Shown: positions 26,256 through 38,862 of the stretch, piece by piece
Position numbering within the stretch: the stretch's first letter is position 1
Layout of the letters: every line of letters starts with the position of its first letter
From: Zootoca vivipara
Taxonomy: Eukaryota
Direction: 5' to 3'
Length of the DNA stretch: 64,000 bases
NCBI RefSeq assembly: GCF_963506605.1
Contig: NC_083282.1
Location: forward strand, 52,266,001 to 52,330,000
Program-made: the position numbers and the translations under genes
Notes under the pieces: model-generated
The model's database searches: none
Told to the model about the DNA's origin: nothing
Seen by the model: the letters and a program-made list of their open reading frames with translations, nothing else

Positions 26256-28307
26256 TATACACCTAGTCATACCCAAATATATATGATGCAGTGCCCTAGT
26301 GGAAAGGGGTGAGCCTTCTCTTAAAAAGTAGATCTCAAGATTGTGAAATTGTCCATGTTTTAGCATGCTGGGCATGTGGGCAGGTGTATTGGTGCCTGTT
26401 CCCCATTTTTAAAATAGGGGTGGGAGAGCAACCGGGAATAGTGATACTGGTAGATCCCCCTTAACATCCATTTTAGAGCATACATCTTTAAGGATATATG
26501 AGCTTTCATGCAAGAAAGAAAGAAAGAAAGTGGTGTATAAACACTGGCAAATCGAAGATTTGGGTATAGAATACCTGCTCATTGAACAATAGGTTGTGTG
26601 AAAATCTTCCGGTCTGGTTATACCTTCACTTTAAGCAGGTTCACTAATTATGAGTTCACTGCTTATTTGATGACTGCTATGGCTTTTCCAGGTCTGATTA
26701 TTTTCAAAAAGAAATTATACTCAGTTTCCTTAGGCATTTGTTAAAGACTAGTCCCTAAGTCATACTTTAAATATGATAAGGGTTAATTAGATAACATTAA
26801 TGGGTGATCATATCAGCAAACTTAATGTCCCGCTGGTTTCCTTCTATTTAACTGTGGCTGGTAGTGGGAATGTTGAATTAAATGGCCTGAAGTGTCTTGT
26901 CACGACATTTTCAAGAAGAGTGTTTTTTAGGGGAGTATAACTGAGGGCTCATGCAGACTTCCTTTTGTGCTGTGTTTCTAAGCACAGGTCCATGCTTTAC
27001 AGCACTGTATTAGAGTGCTTCCCCCCCCCTTTTGCCCTGGCATTTCCCCCGTGAAAACCCGCTCTTTACCACTGAATCGGAGCAAACAGCGCTCAGACAT
27101 TGTACTTTAAAACACAGAACTATGCCTAGAAAGTTCAGGGAAAAGGGTAAGTGTGGATGAGCCACAAGTGCTTCTAAAGCTTACAAGGTACGTGGTGCTT
27201 GTGCACAGTTGGCTGTGATCCTCTTCTCATCTGCTCATCAGACTTGGGGAATCCAGAGCTATGAATGGCTACTGCATATTTTTTTTGCCAATAATGATGT
27301 ATTGCTGGTACAAGAAACACTCTTCTTTTCCATGAATTGCTTCCCTATATTTTCAATTGTGCAACAAGACATTTACCCAGGAATGTAGGGAATCTCCCCT
27401 GCAGAGTCATCCTTAGATAAGAATGGAGATAGTAGATTAAGGTAGTCAAATTTTATAGGAAAGAAGTTTGGATGCTGGGCTCAGCATGGGACCAAGTCCT
27501 TTTGTTGCCTGGATTGCAGCCCAAATCCCAATCCAGTTTGGGACGACACTATAGAAAATCTTCCTGCCAGAGGTGTACCTAGGGTCCCTTGCCCCCTTGG
27601 CAAGGAGCGGTATGGCCCCCCATTAAAAAAATATATCTGATAAGCAGGTGAGGGGTTGGATGGGGCACTTGCACTGCTATCTGCCTGGAATCCATTCCGA
27701 GGACTCCTTTCTGTCCCCTCCTGCAGCAGCAGGCGCTGCCTTTGCTGTTAGAGATCCTAGTTGATTCCTTTTGCGGGCAAAGCAGGTGCTTGAGTGCTTA
27801 GTGATTAGGGGGCACTCCAGGTGTTGTGGGAGGACTCCAACACTTGAAAGGTGATTTTTCCACACATACATGAGCCCGTGTCCCTGGCGGGGACTGGTTC
27901 CACTGACCCCCTAGGTACAACTCTGCTTTCTTCATCAATTCCTGCCTTCTATCTATATCTTCCTCTTGGTGCCACCTTATACAAATAGTTTCCCCCCTTC
28001 TATGTGGCAGGGATAATGGAGCAGATTGTTTTGATTTGGTGAAGTACATTCTACCACACAAAAATGTATGTTGTTATAAATTTGTTAAGGTGTTTTAAAA
28101 ATATTGGTGTTTTTGCTGCTGCAAACTCAAAAGGCTACCTACATGATTTGATGAGTCTCATTGGAGTGCATAAAGCACTTATTTTTCTTTAGATCAATAT
28201 TTTCAGTGTCCTGACAACTTGGACCCAAGTTTCTGAGTAACTGACTTCATGATGATAACATTTGAAAGCTATCATTTAGCATGTGCATCTTTTATTGTCC
28301 CTTCCAG

Positions 28308-28424
28308 TGACCTGCAACTATGGAAATGGAGGATGCCAACATACTTGTGATGATACAGATCAAGGGCCAAAGTGTGGTTGCCATGTGAAGTTTATACTAC
28401 ACTCTGATGGGAAGACATGCATAG
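28308..28424 (+). CDS. SCUBE3: SCUBE3 coding exon (exon-6 equivalent), EGF repeat; not in ORF track
   Basis: cttccag|TG ACC TGC AAC TAT...TGC ATA G|gtaggt; 117 nt; (L)[38 protein letters not shown]; keeps frame with flanking exons. Confidence 0.95.
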
Positions 28425-28898
28425 GTAGGTGAGAGCTATAGTGCATACCTTGGCTGAAATAGCTTTTGTGTATTCTCAATGGGGAATTATTAAATGTCAT
28501 ATATATAAGACTTTATAAGGCTTGTGCCATAATAAATAATGGGAATTTATATTTTGCCACCTAGTATCAATTCCAAATTATGTTCAAGATGAAAATAATA
28601 TAATGATATAATATTAATCTAATTCCCTCTGTCGCTCTAAAAGTCACTGTTGAGAGAAGAGAAGAAAAAAGCTAACAATAAAAAAGTGTAAGATTCCAGA
28701 CATAAAGGCTGTGTTTGGACATCACACTAAACTATGCCTTAGAGAGATGTGAACGAACCCAGCACACTTTCCCCTCCATTCTTCTCCCCCCCCCCCATGT
28801 GTTTGGGAGGAGGTGGTCAGAAGTTTTCACCTCCATTTTTTTCTTAGCCTCAGTTTGTTATGTCATCCAAGCATGAGAAATTGTGGTTAACATTAACT

Positions 28899-29237
28899 GT
28901 TGTTGTTGTTTAGTCGTTTAGTCGTGTGTGACTCTTCGTGACCCCATGGACCATAGCACGCCAGGCACTCCTGTCTTCCACTGCCTCCCGCAGTTTGGTC
29001 AAACTCATGTTCGTAGCTTTGAGAACACTGTCCAACCATCTCATCCTCTGTCGTCCCCTTCTCCTTGTGCCCTCCATCTTTCCCAACATCAGGGTCTTTT
29101 CCAGGGAGTCTTCTCTTCTCATGAGGTGGCCAAAGTATTGGAGCCTCAGCTTCAGGATCTGTCCTTCCAGTGAGCACTCAGGGCTGATTTCCTTCAGAAT
29201 GGATAGGTTTGATCTTCTTGCAGTCCATGGGACTCTC
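28899..29237 (-). mobile_element. RTE-BovB LINE, 5'-truncated
   Basis: VPWTARRSNLSILKEISPECSLEG...HGVTKSHTRLND; (CAA)n tail; near-TSD acattaact/acattatct. Confidence 0.93.
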
Positions 29238-30301
29238 ACATTATCTATAGTGAGTTTCAAACGAGCCTCGTTTAAAACATGGTTTCTGAAGATGGCTTGT
29301 TTAAAATAACCATAGTTAACATTCATTACAGAGCTGGATTTGGACAACTTTACAATCTGCACTTAACCAAATGTTTTGGCAGGATTTAAAGTTCTCTGTC
29401 CCTGGCTATGCGATTCTCAATCATGTCAGAAATCATATATCCTTTCATCCATTGAATACAGCTTTATTTGTAAATATGTATTTTTCCAACTGTCTTATTT
29501 ACCAGCGCAGCTTTTCCTGACTTCCTTCCAATCTTCCAATCCAGGCTGTTGTCCAAGCCTGTCATTTGATGTTAAGCATACTGTTTGCAATATTGCAATG
29601 TAAATGAACTGTATTCCACAGATATAAGTCATTTGGCGATCAATCAGTTTTCAGAGACCACACAATCCCCCCTTCTGGGCCCTAGAAGGGGAGCTGCTAG
29701 ACATCCATTTAGCCTTCTCTCTTGCTCATAATGAAGAAATTCTGCAGATGCACTGTATGTTATCCCAAATTATTGTCTCAAGTCAGTACAAACTGAGCCA
29801 GCAAGCACCTCCCACTTCCCTCAGAAAAGGGAGGAACTCTCATTTTTCTGTGCTGCGTCATATTAATAAGCACCATCTTGTTTCTTCTTTTATCCTTATC
29901 AAGTCTTTCAAGTCTAAGTAAAGCTGTGCAATTGAATACTTAATTATAAATAGAAGTCCATCTGTACTTTTTTTTTTTAAAAAAATGTTTCTTAATGAGG
30001 CTTGGCATAGAAAACCAATTGTAGATATTGAGAAGAAGAAAAGAACGTACCAATCACCTCCGTAATCCAAACACCATGATGATAATCTCTTTGAAGTCTG
30101 AGCTTAAACACCAGGGACTATGCAATTTTGCAGGTTTTTTTCTCAGTCTGCTTCGGTCCAGACTATGTCTGTGTATTATCCAAATCTAATTAATCTATCA
30201 AACAGATATTTCCGCCTATGAGAGTGGCTTCGGAGAGTGCCAGCTGTGTCGTGCTCTGGGACCCAGTGTCCTGCCGCTTGCAACGTACAATGCATTTTTT
30301 A

Positions 30302-30620
30302 CATAGCTGTCAACTTCCGGATTGGAAAATAAGGGATCAGCAGCGGTGTGGCACTGGAAGTCACTTCTGCGCATGTCCAGACATGCGCAGAAGCGACTTC
30401 CAGTGCCGGGCTGCCCGTGTCTGCATGTATGGGCACCAGAAATCGCTTCTGCGCATACCCGGGCGTGCACAGAGGCAATTTCCAGCAGCTCTCAGCAAGT
30501 GAGCGAGCAGCCAGCCGTGAGCCAGGACATTTATGGGGTATTTTACAATCCGGGGTTGCAGCGGGAAACAGATTTCAATTAGGGGGTTTCCCGCCAAAAA
30601 TGGGAGGGTTGACAGCTATG
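30302..30620. mobile_element. Non-autonomous hAT element (catagctgtcaac TIR) with internal hairpin
   Basis: TIR catagctgtcaac/gttgacagctatg; 8-bp TSD atttttta; 27-bp stem at 30350-30407. Confidence 0.85.
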
Positions 30621-30724
30621 ATTTTTTATGATATATTCACTAATATATGCATTTGGATTTGGATTTACTTGGCTGTTAATTTTAAAGGATGGCTGTGTTT
30701 TGGTTCAGAAAGTAAGAATTTGGT

Positions 30725-31503
30725 TGTTGTTTGTTGCTTAGTCGTTTAGTCGTGTCCGACTCTTCGTGACCCCATGGACCATAGCACGCCAGGCACTCCT
30801 GTCTTCCACTGCCTCCCGCAGTTTGGTCAGACTCATGTTGGTAGCTTCGAGAACACTGTCCAGCCATCTCGCCCTCTGTCGTCCCCTTCTCCTAGTGCCC
30901 TCAATCTTTCCCAACATCAGGGTCTTTTCCAAGGATTCTTCTCTTCTCATGAGGTGGCCAAAGTATTGGAGCCTCAGCTTCACGATCTGTCCTTCCAGGG
31001 AGCACTCAGGGCTGATTTCCTTAAGAATGGACAGGTTTGATCTTCTTGCAGTCCATGGGACTCTCAAGAGTCTCCTCCAGCACCATAATTCAAAAACATC
31101 AATTCTTCGGCGATCAGCCTTCTTTATGGTCCAGCTCTCACTTCCATACATCACTACTGGGAAAACCATAGCTTTAACTATACGGACCTTTGTAGGCAAG
31201 GTGATGTCTCTGCTTTTTAAGATGCTGTCTAGGTTTGTCATTGCTTTTCTCCCAAGAAGCAGGCGTCTTTTAATTTCGTGACTGCTGTCACCATCTGCAG
31301 TGATCAAGGAGCCCAAGAAAGTAAAATCTCTCACTGCCTCCATTTCTTCCCCTTCTATTTGCCAGGAGGTGATGGGACCAGTGGCCATGATCTTGGTTTT
31401 TTTGATGTTGAGCTTCAGACCATATTTTGCGCTCTCCTCTTTCACCCTCATTAAAAGGTTCTTTAATTCCTCCTCACTTTCTGCCATCAAGGTTGTGTCA
31501 TCT
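30725..31503 (-). mobile_element. RTE-BovB LINE, 5'-truncated, open RT C-terminal frame
   Basis: DDTTLMAESEEELK...GLKLNIKKTKIM...WCWRRLLRVPWTARRSN; 9-bp TSD gaatttggt; (CAA)n-like tail. Confidence 0.95.
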
Positions 31504-33261
31504 GAATTTGGTAGGTTTGCCTTTAAATGTGAACTTAATCTAGTTTCTTCCACCATCCCTATATAGGACATAGGACCACTTGGGGCCATTTCTGATTACA
31601 CATCTTCTACACAAATATATATGCCCACACAAATGTGTGAGCATGTTGGAGATTGTAGCCCTGCCGGACTTGGGTCATTAGTTTGGCACCTGAGCCTTTC
31701 CATAATCTCCTAGTACAACTTTTTGCCCTCAGGTAGGGCATCTTCACTGACATATTCCTTTATTTGGAACACACACACACACTGAGAGAAAGGTGACTTC
31801 ATAGTTTCTTTTGGCAATTTGTTCCATTGCTGAACTACTTTTTAGAGTTAATATGTTCTTTTCCATCCAAGCTTCAAATTAAATTGCCATGGTATAATTA
31901 TGTTTCTTCTATTCTTATTCTCTTCAGATAATACTGTGAAGAAGAATTTTCCCCACCCTAACCTCTTTGAATATGGGCTCATCCACACCTCTGTTTGCAT
32001 TACCACTTTCCCTGGGGAAAACCCGCTCTTTTTTGCTGAATTGGAACAAATGGCAGTTATGTTTTCCACAGATTCAGTGGTATAGAGTGGGTTTTCCAGG
32101 GAAAAGCTGCAGAGGCATACCTAAGGCCCCTTGCTCACTTGGCAAGGAGTTGCATCAGTGCGCCCCCCCAAAAAATAAAAATCACTTTACCACAATAGCT
32201 GCATTAGAAATTACAATATTTTACTTGAAGAGTCCAGAGTAAGGACAAGGGAAGGAGGAAAGGCGAAAAAAGTCACACACCCGTGTGCCATGGCACAGGA
32301 AGAACCGGAAGTTTCTCCCACATTTGATCTCGTTACAATAGCAGTGGCAGATCACCACACACATATACACCAAAAACCTCATAGTCTGATAGGTGTTTTT
32401 TGTCCACCACCCACCACCCCCAAACTGGGCCTGCACCCCCCAGCAGGGGCCAGTTTCACCAATGCCTGGATATGTCTCTGGAAAACTGCAGAGCAAATGT
32501 GAAATCACTTGGGCCTGTGTGTAGATAGTGCACGAGACAAGTGGAAATCTGGATAAATTTTATATAGAAGTTGTCACTCTGCTGCTTGCTCTCCTTCCTC
32601 TTTTTTCTTGGATGGACATATGCATTTCCTTCAGCCTTTCCACATGTGAGTTGTCTCCTAGACTTTTCATTCCCCATATAGCTTGACTCTGAAATGTGTG
32701 TTGGCAGAACACAGATATTCTGTTTGCTAAGCTCTCACACAAATGTTGTCTTGATACAAGTAGTGCAGGAACACAGAGAGCCTTCTGTAATACCAGCAAT
32801 GCTACAAGTTCCTAATGCACATGCACACATACCTCCTTCCCTGTGAGGAAGATGTCTATTATTCTGGCTGGTTCCAGGCTGCTGCTTTTTTTTTTGGCTG
32901 TGATTCAGCCACAGACCAGCAAATTCAGGTTACACAATTAATGTGGATTTGCTGTTCTTGCACGGGAAACCCTCTTCCGAAAACCCCAGGTATTCTGCAG
33001 GAAGAAAAGCAATGGGAAAATGCACTAGGAAGTAAGGGATAAACAAACTGCTTGATGCAATGTCATACAGTATAACTCTCCCTGTAAGCAAATCAGAATG
33101 AATGCACAACAACCAGTGCAGGGCGTATAACCTCTGCACAAACTTTGTGCAGGAGGAATGCTCAGCAAACAGGGTGTCTGGAAGCAACTATTATCAGGGG
33201 ATGCTATTGATATCAGCTCCAGGTTTGGAGAGCCATTGGACAAGATGCCCTCTGAAGGGAG

Positions 33262-33437
33262 AATAATAATAATATAATTAATTCATTAATTAATAAATAA
33301 TAAATAAATAAATATATTATTTATACCCCCGCCCATCTGGCTGGGCTTCTACAGCCACTCTGGGTGGCTTCCAACAAAATATTAAAATACAGTAATCCGT
33401 CAAACATTAAAAGCTTCCCTAAACAGGGCTGCCTTCC
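33262..33437 (-). mobile_element. L2-type LINE 3' end with (TAA/TAAA)n tail
   Basis: ttatttatacccc.gcccatctggctggg...cagccactctggg.ggcttccaac motif. Confidence 0.65.
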
Positions 33438-36400
33438 GAGAAGAGCCCTGTTCTCTGAACACCTCCCACTACATCACCTTATTTCTGTTCCTGTTATTCA
33501 TTTGCTTGCTTCCCCCCTCTAGACACAATTTTCACTACCAACCACAGGGAAAGGACAAGATTAGGTCCCTTTTCCTTGTTCCTGTCACTGCTCGCTCACA
33601 TGGAGAGGACAAGTGAACCAGCTGTGTCTCTGTGTGTGAGCAGCTCGGCAGTCACCCACAAATTAATCAGGAGAAGAAGCTTTTTGATACACACATTTTG
33701 GCTGCCATTTGCTTCTAGGGAGAAATGGCCCCTGTGAGATAAATAGCATGAAGATGCAACAAGCTAGGGACAGGGAGGAAAGATTAATTCCCTCCTAACC
33801 AAGGTCCAGAGGGGGAGACATGAGGGATGGGAACAGCAGCAATGTCAAGCAGAAGCCTTGGTGGAAGTGGTGATGATTGCCCTTTCTAAACCCTAGGAGC
33901 CAAGCTGATGCCACCCCAAGACACTGCATAGGGTGGCAGTCTTAAGCTCTTAAAAAACAGCCAGCAAGAGAATCACAGTTCTGCCATGTGTAGTTTGGAG
34001 GATAGCAGTGGGACAGATGAACATAGTAACACAAAAGCTACCAGTAAAGGATTGTTCTCTGGGGTGGCTCAGCCATGCTTCAGGTTTCTACCGTAATAGA
34101 AAATGGAGTTGAAACACAAACGCACGCTCACAATTTTGCTTGCCAAAAACATCCACAAATAAAATGTGGTTGCTTAATACTGCAGATACACAGTTGTGCT
34201 CAGTAAGTTTGGAAATCCTTATGGGCTGAATAACAAAGACAGTTTCAACTTCAATCAGTAGATGCTGCAAGAGTTAGCTGGGAGTATACTACATGTTTGG
34301 AACTTGGCGTTCATACAGTATGTCTCTTTAAAACTGAATTGCAAACAGATAAAAGTCATGGCTAGTTTTGCCCTTTAGCTTGATGTTGTGTAGTTGATTT
34401 TTAAAAAAAATTGAAAATGGGGGGGACGACAATGACCAGCTTGCAAGCATGGTATGGTATGGGATACTTCAGTGGTTTATCCCCAACTTGTGGTCCCAAT
34501 CTGGATCAGGCCCCCACTCCTAACTATCAGCAATGGGATAAGCCCCCAATTGTTCCAATGGCAGCTTTCTTTCCCAATGCAAACAGCAAGTATGGTCAGC
34601 CTCCTACCCCAGCTATTGGTTTAACAAAAACAAAAAAAACAGGGACACACAATGCCAAGCTATGTGGTAAAACTCACGTTTAGTCCAGCTCAATCCCCTG
34701 CCAGCTATTGGTTAAACAAAAACAGCAACACAGCGCCAAACTTTGTGGTAAAAGTCACGTTTAGTTTGGCTGAAATAGTTAACATTGAGTCTGAAATAAA
34801 TGGAAGAATGTATAATGGAACAAATGGAATAATAAATCAAGTACTACAATATTAATAGTGTGGGTGAACATCTCTTCTATCTGTCTGTCTAAAATAATTT
34901 TAATATAAACATGCCAGTCAAAAAATAGTTTGAATGTTTCAGACATGTACTCTTGTCAATGCACAGGAATTTCAGAATTTTAAAACACATTGAATGAATG
35001 AGTCTGCCTCTTGCACCAGATAGTTGTTGACTTCTCTTTATTATCCTCTTTTTTTCTCTGGGAGGGTTGGAGAGGCTAATATTAGAACATAGCAGCCTGT
35101 TCTAACCAAAAATTTGGCATCACGATCTCTCAGCCTGAGAACAATTGTTGGAATGAAAGAAAACCCAGCACATTTGATTTGCATGTATTTTGGAATAATA
35201 AAACATCAGAGAGACATAGCAGCTTTACTGGTTTCAGATGCATGTGCAGCTTGACAGCAGATTAATTTTAAGACACCCCATGTAGGAAGTAATCAAGCCA
35301 CAAATTGCTGTAAATAATTTCTATTCTTATTGTAGTTTTTTTTAATGGAATAGAAACCAGCTTAGATATTGCCTTTGAGTGCATCTGCTGAGGTTCTCCG
35401 TGCTCTCCATACAGTTTTCACATGATAGTTTCTTGCTGGAATCAAGCAAACCTTGACCCTTGCACTAAATACTTTGATTTAACATCCAGTGTGATGATGC
35501 TCCCATACCAACCAAAGTCAGCCCAAATCCTGCTCTCCCCCCCACCTTCATTATTGTAAGTTTAGAATACATATCTGATCTCAGTTGCGGCAGTAGCCGA
35601 GTGTCTTACAACTAGTTTGTATTCCCAAGACATCCATTTGGTGCTGTTATTTTTATGTTATGTATGGAGAATTGTGGTCCAGAAACACTGGCGCCTGGAT
35701 TCTTAGCAAATAAACTTGGAAATAAGTCTCACTCATTTCAATTGAACTTCCAAGTAATATGCTTAAGAGTGCAGCTTTAAAGCTTGATCCCGAGCATGGG
35801 CCAAGCCTCATCTTTAATTTTGCTCATATGGAATAATGATTAGTTTTTTATTTACCAAAGTGGAATTTTAAAAAGTAGTTCTCTCATCTCATCTTGTATG
35901 GCTTGTCTTTACGCCACATCTTCCTTCTCGCCATGCAATACTGTGGACAAACTTTGTTTTGTGCATTACACAAGCATGAAAGAGAAAACTCAACATAGAT
36001 AGCTTACAGTGAAGGTTCTTGTTAATTTATATATACAGTACAGCACAATCTTCTGGGCTTTCTTTAGTAATGTAATGGCATTAATTCACATTTAAGCTAA
36101 TCGACTGATCCATCCATTTGCTATGATTTCAGGAGATGTTGTACTCAAAAGCCAGTTATAACCTTTCCTAACAATCAGCTTACAGTGTAACACTTGACCT
36201 ATAGTTGTTTTTCATTTATAGTTGGAGACTGAGACTTTTTCCTGAAAGTAGCACTTCTATTGAGCAACACTTTTATTTTCCCAGAACCCAAACAGCAATA
36301 TTTTGCTGATGAGAAAACTCGGATGTTTTTCACTCAGCTAATGCATCAAGCAGGGTGTGTAGACTTAAAGTGGAGCAATTTAAAGCAATGAGTTTTTAAA

Positions 36401-36892
36401 GATCTACCCCTCCCCCTTTTAAAAATCACCAAGTAAAAAGGAAAGTTTAAATCAACTTTTCCATTTTGAAAGTCAGTGTGCACACTAACTGCTTGCTGAA
36501 ACAATTAAAACATACTAACAACTAAATATATACTTTATCCCAGGGATGAGAAAGCTGTGGGTTCCAACCCAGCCCCCATATCGGTGTGTGAGAGGGATGG
36601 TGGGAGTTGTAGTCCAACCAGTAGCAGTTTATGTGGGGTAGTGCAGCAAAGGTACCCTTCCAGTGTTAGCATAACTACAGCTTACGTGGATGGCGCTGGA
36701 GTGGGGTGGGTACATTGGTGGGAGCACTGGATTGGCTCTGCCAGCATATCCACAAGGCCCTGAATTTGCCCCTGCCCAGCCCCAGCCTTGTCCTGCTAAG
36801 CTGCAGCAATGCCAGGTATTGAAGAGCAGTTCTACAGATCTGCCCCACCTCACTGGCTGCTATTGCTACATCTCGGCCAAAGCTTCCCCAGC

Positions 36893-37072
36893 CAGGGCCG
36901 TCTTGAGCATATCTGGCGCCCTGCCGCCGTGGTTCGAAGATCCCTCTGGCGCTCCCCCTGCCCCGTTTCCCAGCGCGGCTGTCTGGTGGGCACAGCGCGG
37001 CTGCCGCGGGCACAGCAGCACGGCGCCCCCTGGCGCCCTGCGCCACCCAGCCTTGCCATAGGGCCGGCCCTG
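36893..37072. mobile_element. CpG-rich non-autonomous hAT element (cagggccg TIR)
   Basis: TIR cagggccg/cggccctg; TSD tccccagc (36885-36892, 37073-37080). Confidence 0.88.
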
Positions 37073-37096
37073 TCCCCAGCCTTGCTTTGTACAGTC

Positions 37097-37345
37097 TAGG
37101 GGTCAGCAAACGTTTTCAGCAGGGGGCCGGTCCACTCTCCCTCAGATTTTGTGGGGGGCCGGACTATATATTTTTTGGGGGGGGTGAACTAATTCCTATG
37201 CCCTACAAATAACCCAGAGATGCATTTTAAATAAAAGGACACGTTCTACTCAGGTAAAAATGCTGATTCCCGGACTGTCCGCAGACCGGATTTAGAAGGC
37301 GATTGGGCTGGATCCAGCCCCCAGGCCTTAGTTTGCCAATCCATG
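37097..37345. mobile_element. hAT element of the same family as 15948-16268, with a single internal unit
   Basis: High similarity to the 15948 copy; right flank gtctagaa. Confidence 0.85.
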
Positions 37346-38704
37346 GTCTAGAAGCATAATGTAAAGCCTTTCATCATGCAGCCCACATACCTTTTGCACT
37401 ACAGATTCATGTCTCCTTCAAAACAGGAGGCAGATTTCTCTTTGTACACATGCAAGGCTACCAGGGACTGCTGTATTAGTCCTGTTTTCTACTACTGCTG
37501 TCAGCCACAACGTAAGGCAGGGACAGCTACTCTGTGCAAACTTCCAAGAGTAAGAGAGGATAGCTAAGAAATGCTTGCTCAGGGCAGACTCGGCTGTTTC
37601 TCGGGCTCTCGTTCTAGAATAGGTGGCTTTTTAAAATGTATCCCTAGTATTCAGGTCTTCAGGCAGAAAAAAAGGCTGACGGTTGTACAAAAGTTCTATT
37701 TTGTTTAGGAACTTATTCTGGGGAGCACATCAAAGAATACATTGAAAAGGCGGGGATTACATGACACACGGGACACCCCCGCACAGAAAATGGAAACCTG
37801 GCCTTGCAGAGCACATAGCCTGAGCTTTTCCTCTGTTTGCCCCTGCTTCTAGCTGCATGGATGGGAAGGGAAGCAGTGAAGGTTGAAGCATCCCATTCAT
37901 GTGTACTGCAAGGCACTCTCTGCTCATAGCTGCTCTACTTGTAAAACACTGTCGGATTGTGCAGGCAAGGGTTATTACGAGGCATCTAATCTCCCCTCCC
38001 AGTGGGGGAAGCCCAGGGGACAGATTTATAGCTAGGCGAGGGGGTAAGATACCTGCATGGATATTTATAACTGCCCTTTTTTGTTTTATAGCCAAGTCTT
38101 AGCAAACAGCCATCCTCGCCCACCCCCCTTCACCCATCCTTCATTTCCGCTGAAATATTTCATCATTTCACAGGGAATAAAGTTTCCAGCGAGGCAAATG
38201 CAAACCCACTCCCTTGACCGAGCACTTTGAAATTGAATGCGGTGTGTTTGAAAAGCTGCTCCAAGCAGGTCGCCTAATACAGGTCCCCTTCAGATCACAC
38301 CGTGGCAGGAAGTGCAGTGAACTTGCTTGAATGACAGTTTCATTAGGCCATGGCTGGTGTTTTTCATTCCCCCCCTACCCCATTTTTTTAATGCTGCTTT
38401 TAAAAATGTAGATAATGAATAACATTCCTCTTATAGAGTTGGGTCAGTCCTAATGAAGGTTGCCTTGTCCCTGGGATCAAAGGCTGGGGAAAGAGAGGGC
38501 AATAACTTTTAAGGATCAGTTATTTATCTTCTATAAAAATGATTAGTGAATAAAGAGCTGCACAATGTGGAAGACTAGCCTCTAACACATGGCAGCAGAA
38601 TGAAAAGAATGAACTTATATGTGTATTTAAATGCATTGGTGCTGATAGCTGTGTATATTGCACAGCATTCTGAGGATTTAAAATGTTTCATTCTTTAAAA
38701 AAAT

Positions 38705-38862
38705 CTCAGGTTCAATACCTGGCATCTCGTGACTAAAAGGATTGTGTAGCATGTGGAGAAAAACTCTTCTCAGAACCTTGAGAGCCACTTACTTGTAAGA
38801 GTAGACATTACTATGCTTGATGCAACAAATGATCTGATTCAATATGTCAGCTTCTTACATTC
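38705..38862 (+). mobile_element. Degraded Squam3-like tRNA SINE; another on - strand about 59890-60090
   Basis: caggttcaatacctggcatctc...gagagccac...gtagaca...cagcttc. Confidence 0.6.

Noticed and set aside
28080-28145. Second Penelope/hammerhead copy
   Set aside because: Only faint resemblance to the PLE end; no CUGANGA/GAAA core.
30738-31589. 283-aa ORF as a host gene or domesticated RT
   Set aside because: It is a truncated BovB; the N-terminal residues come from flanking DNA beyond the TSD, and most of the RT is missing.
36675-37109. GC-rich ORFs or a CpG-island promoter
   Set aside because: GC richness is confined to a 180-bp TSD-flanked transposon.
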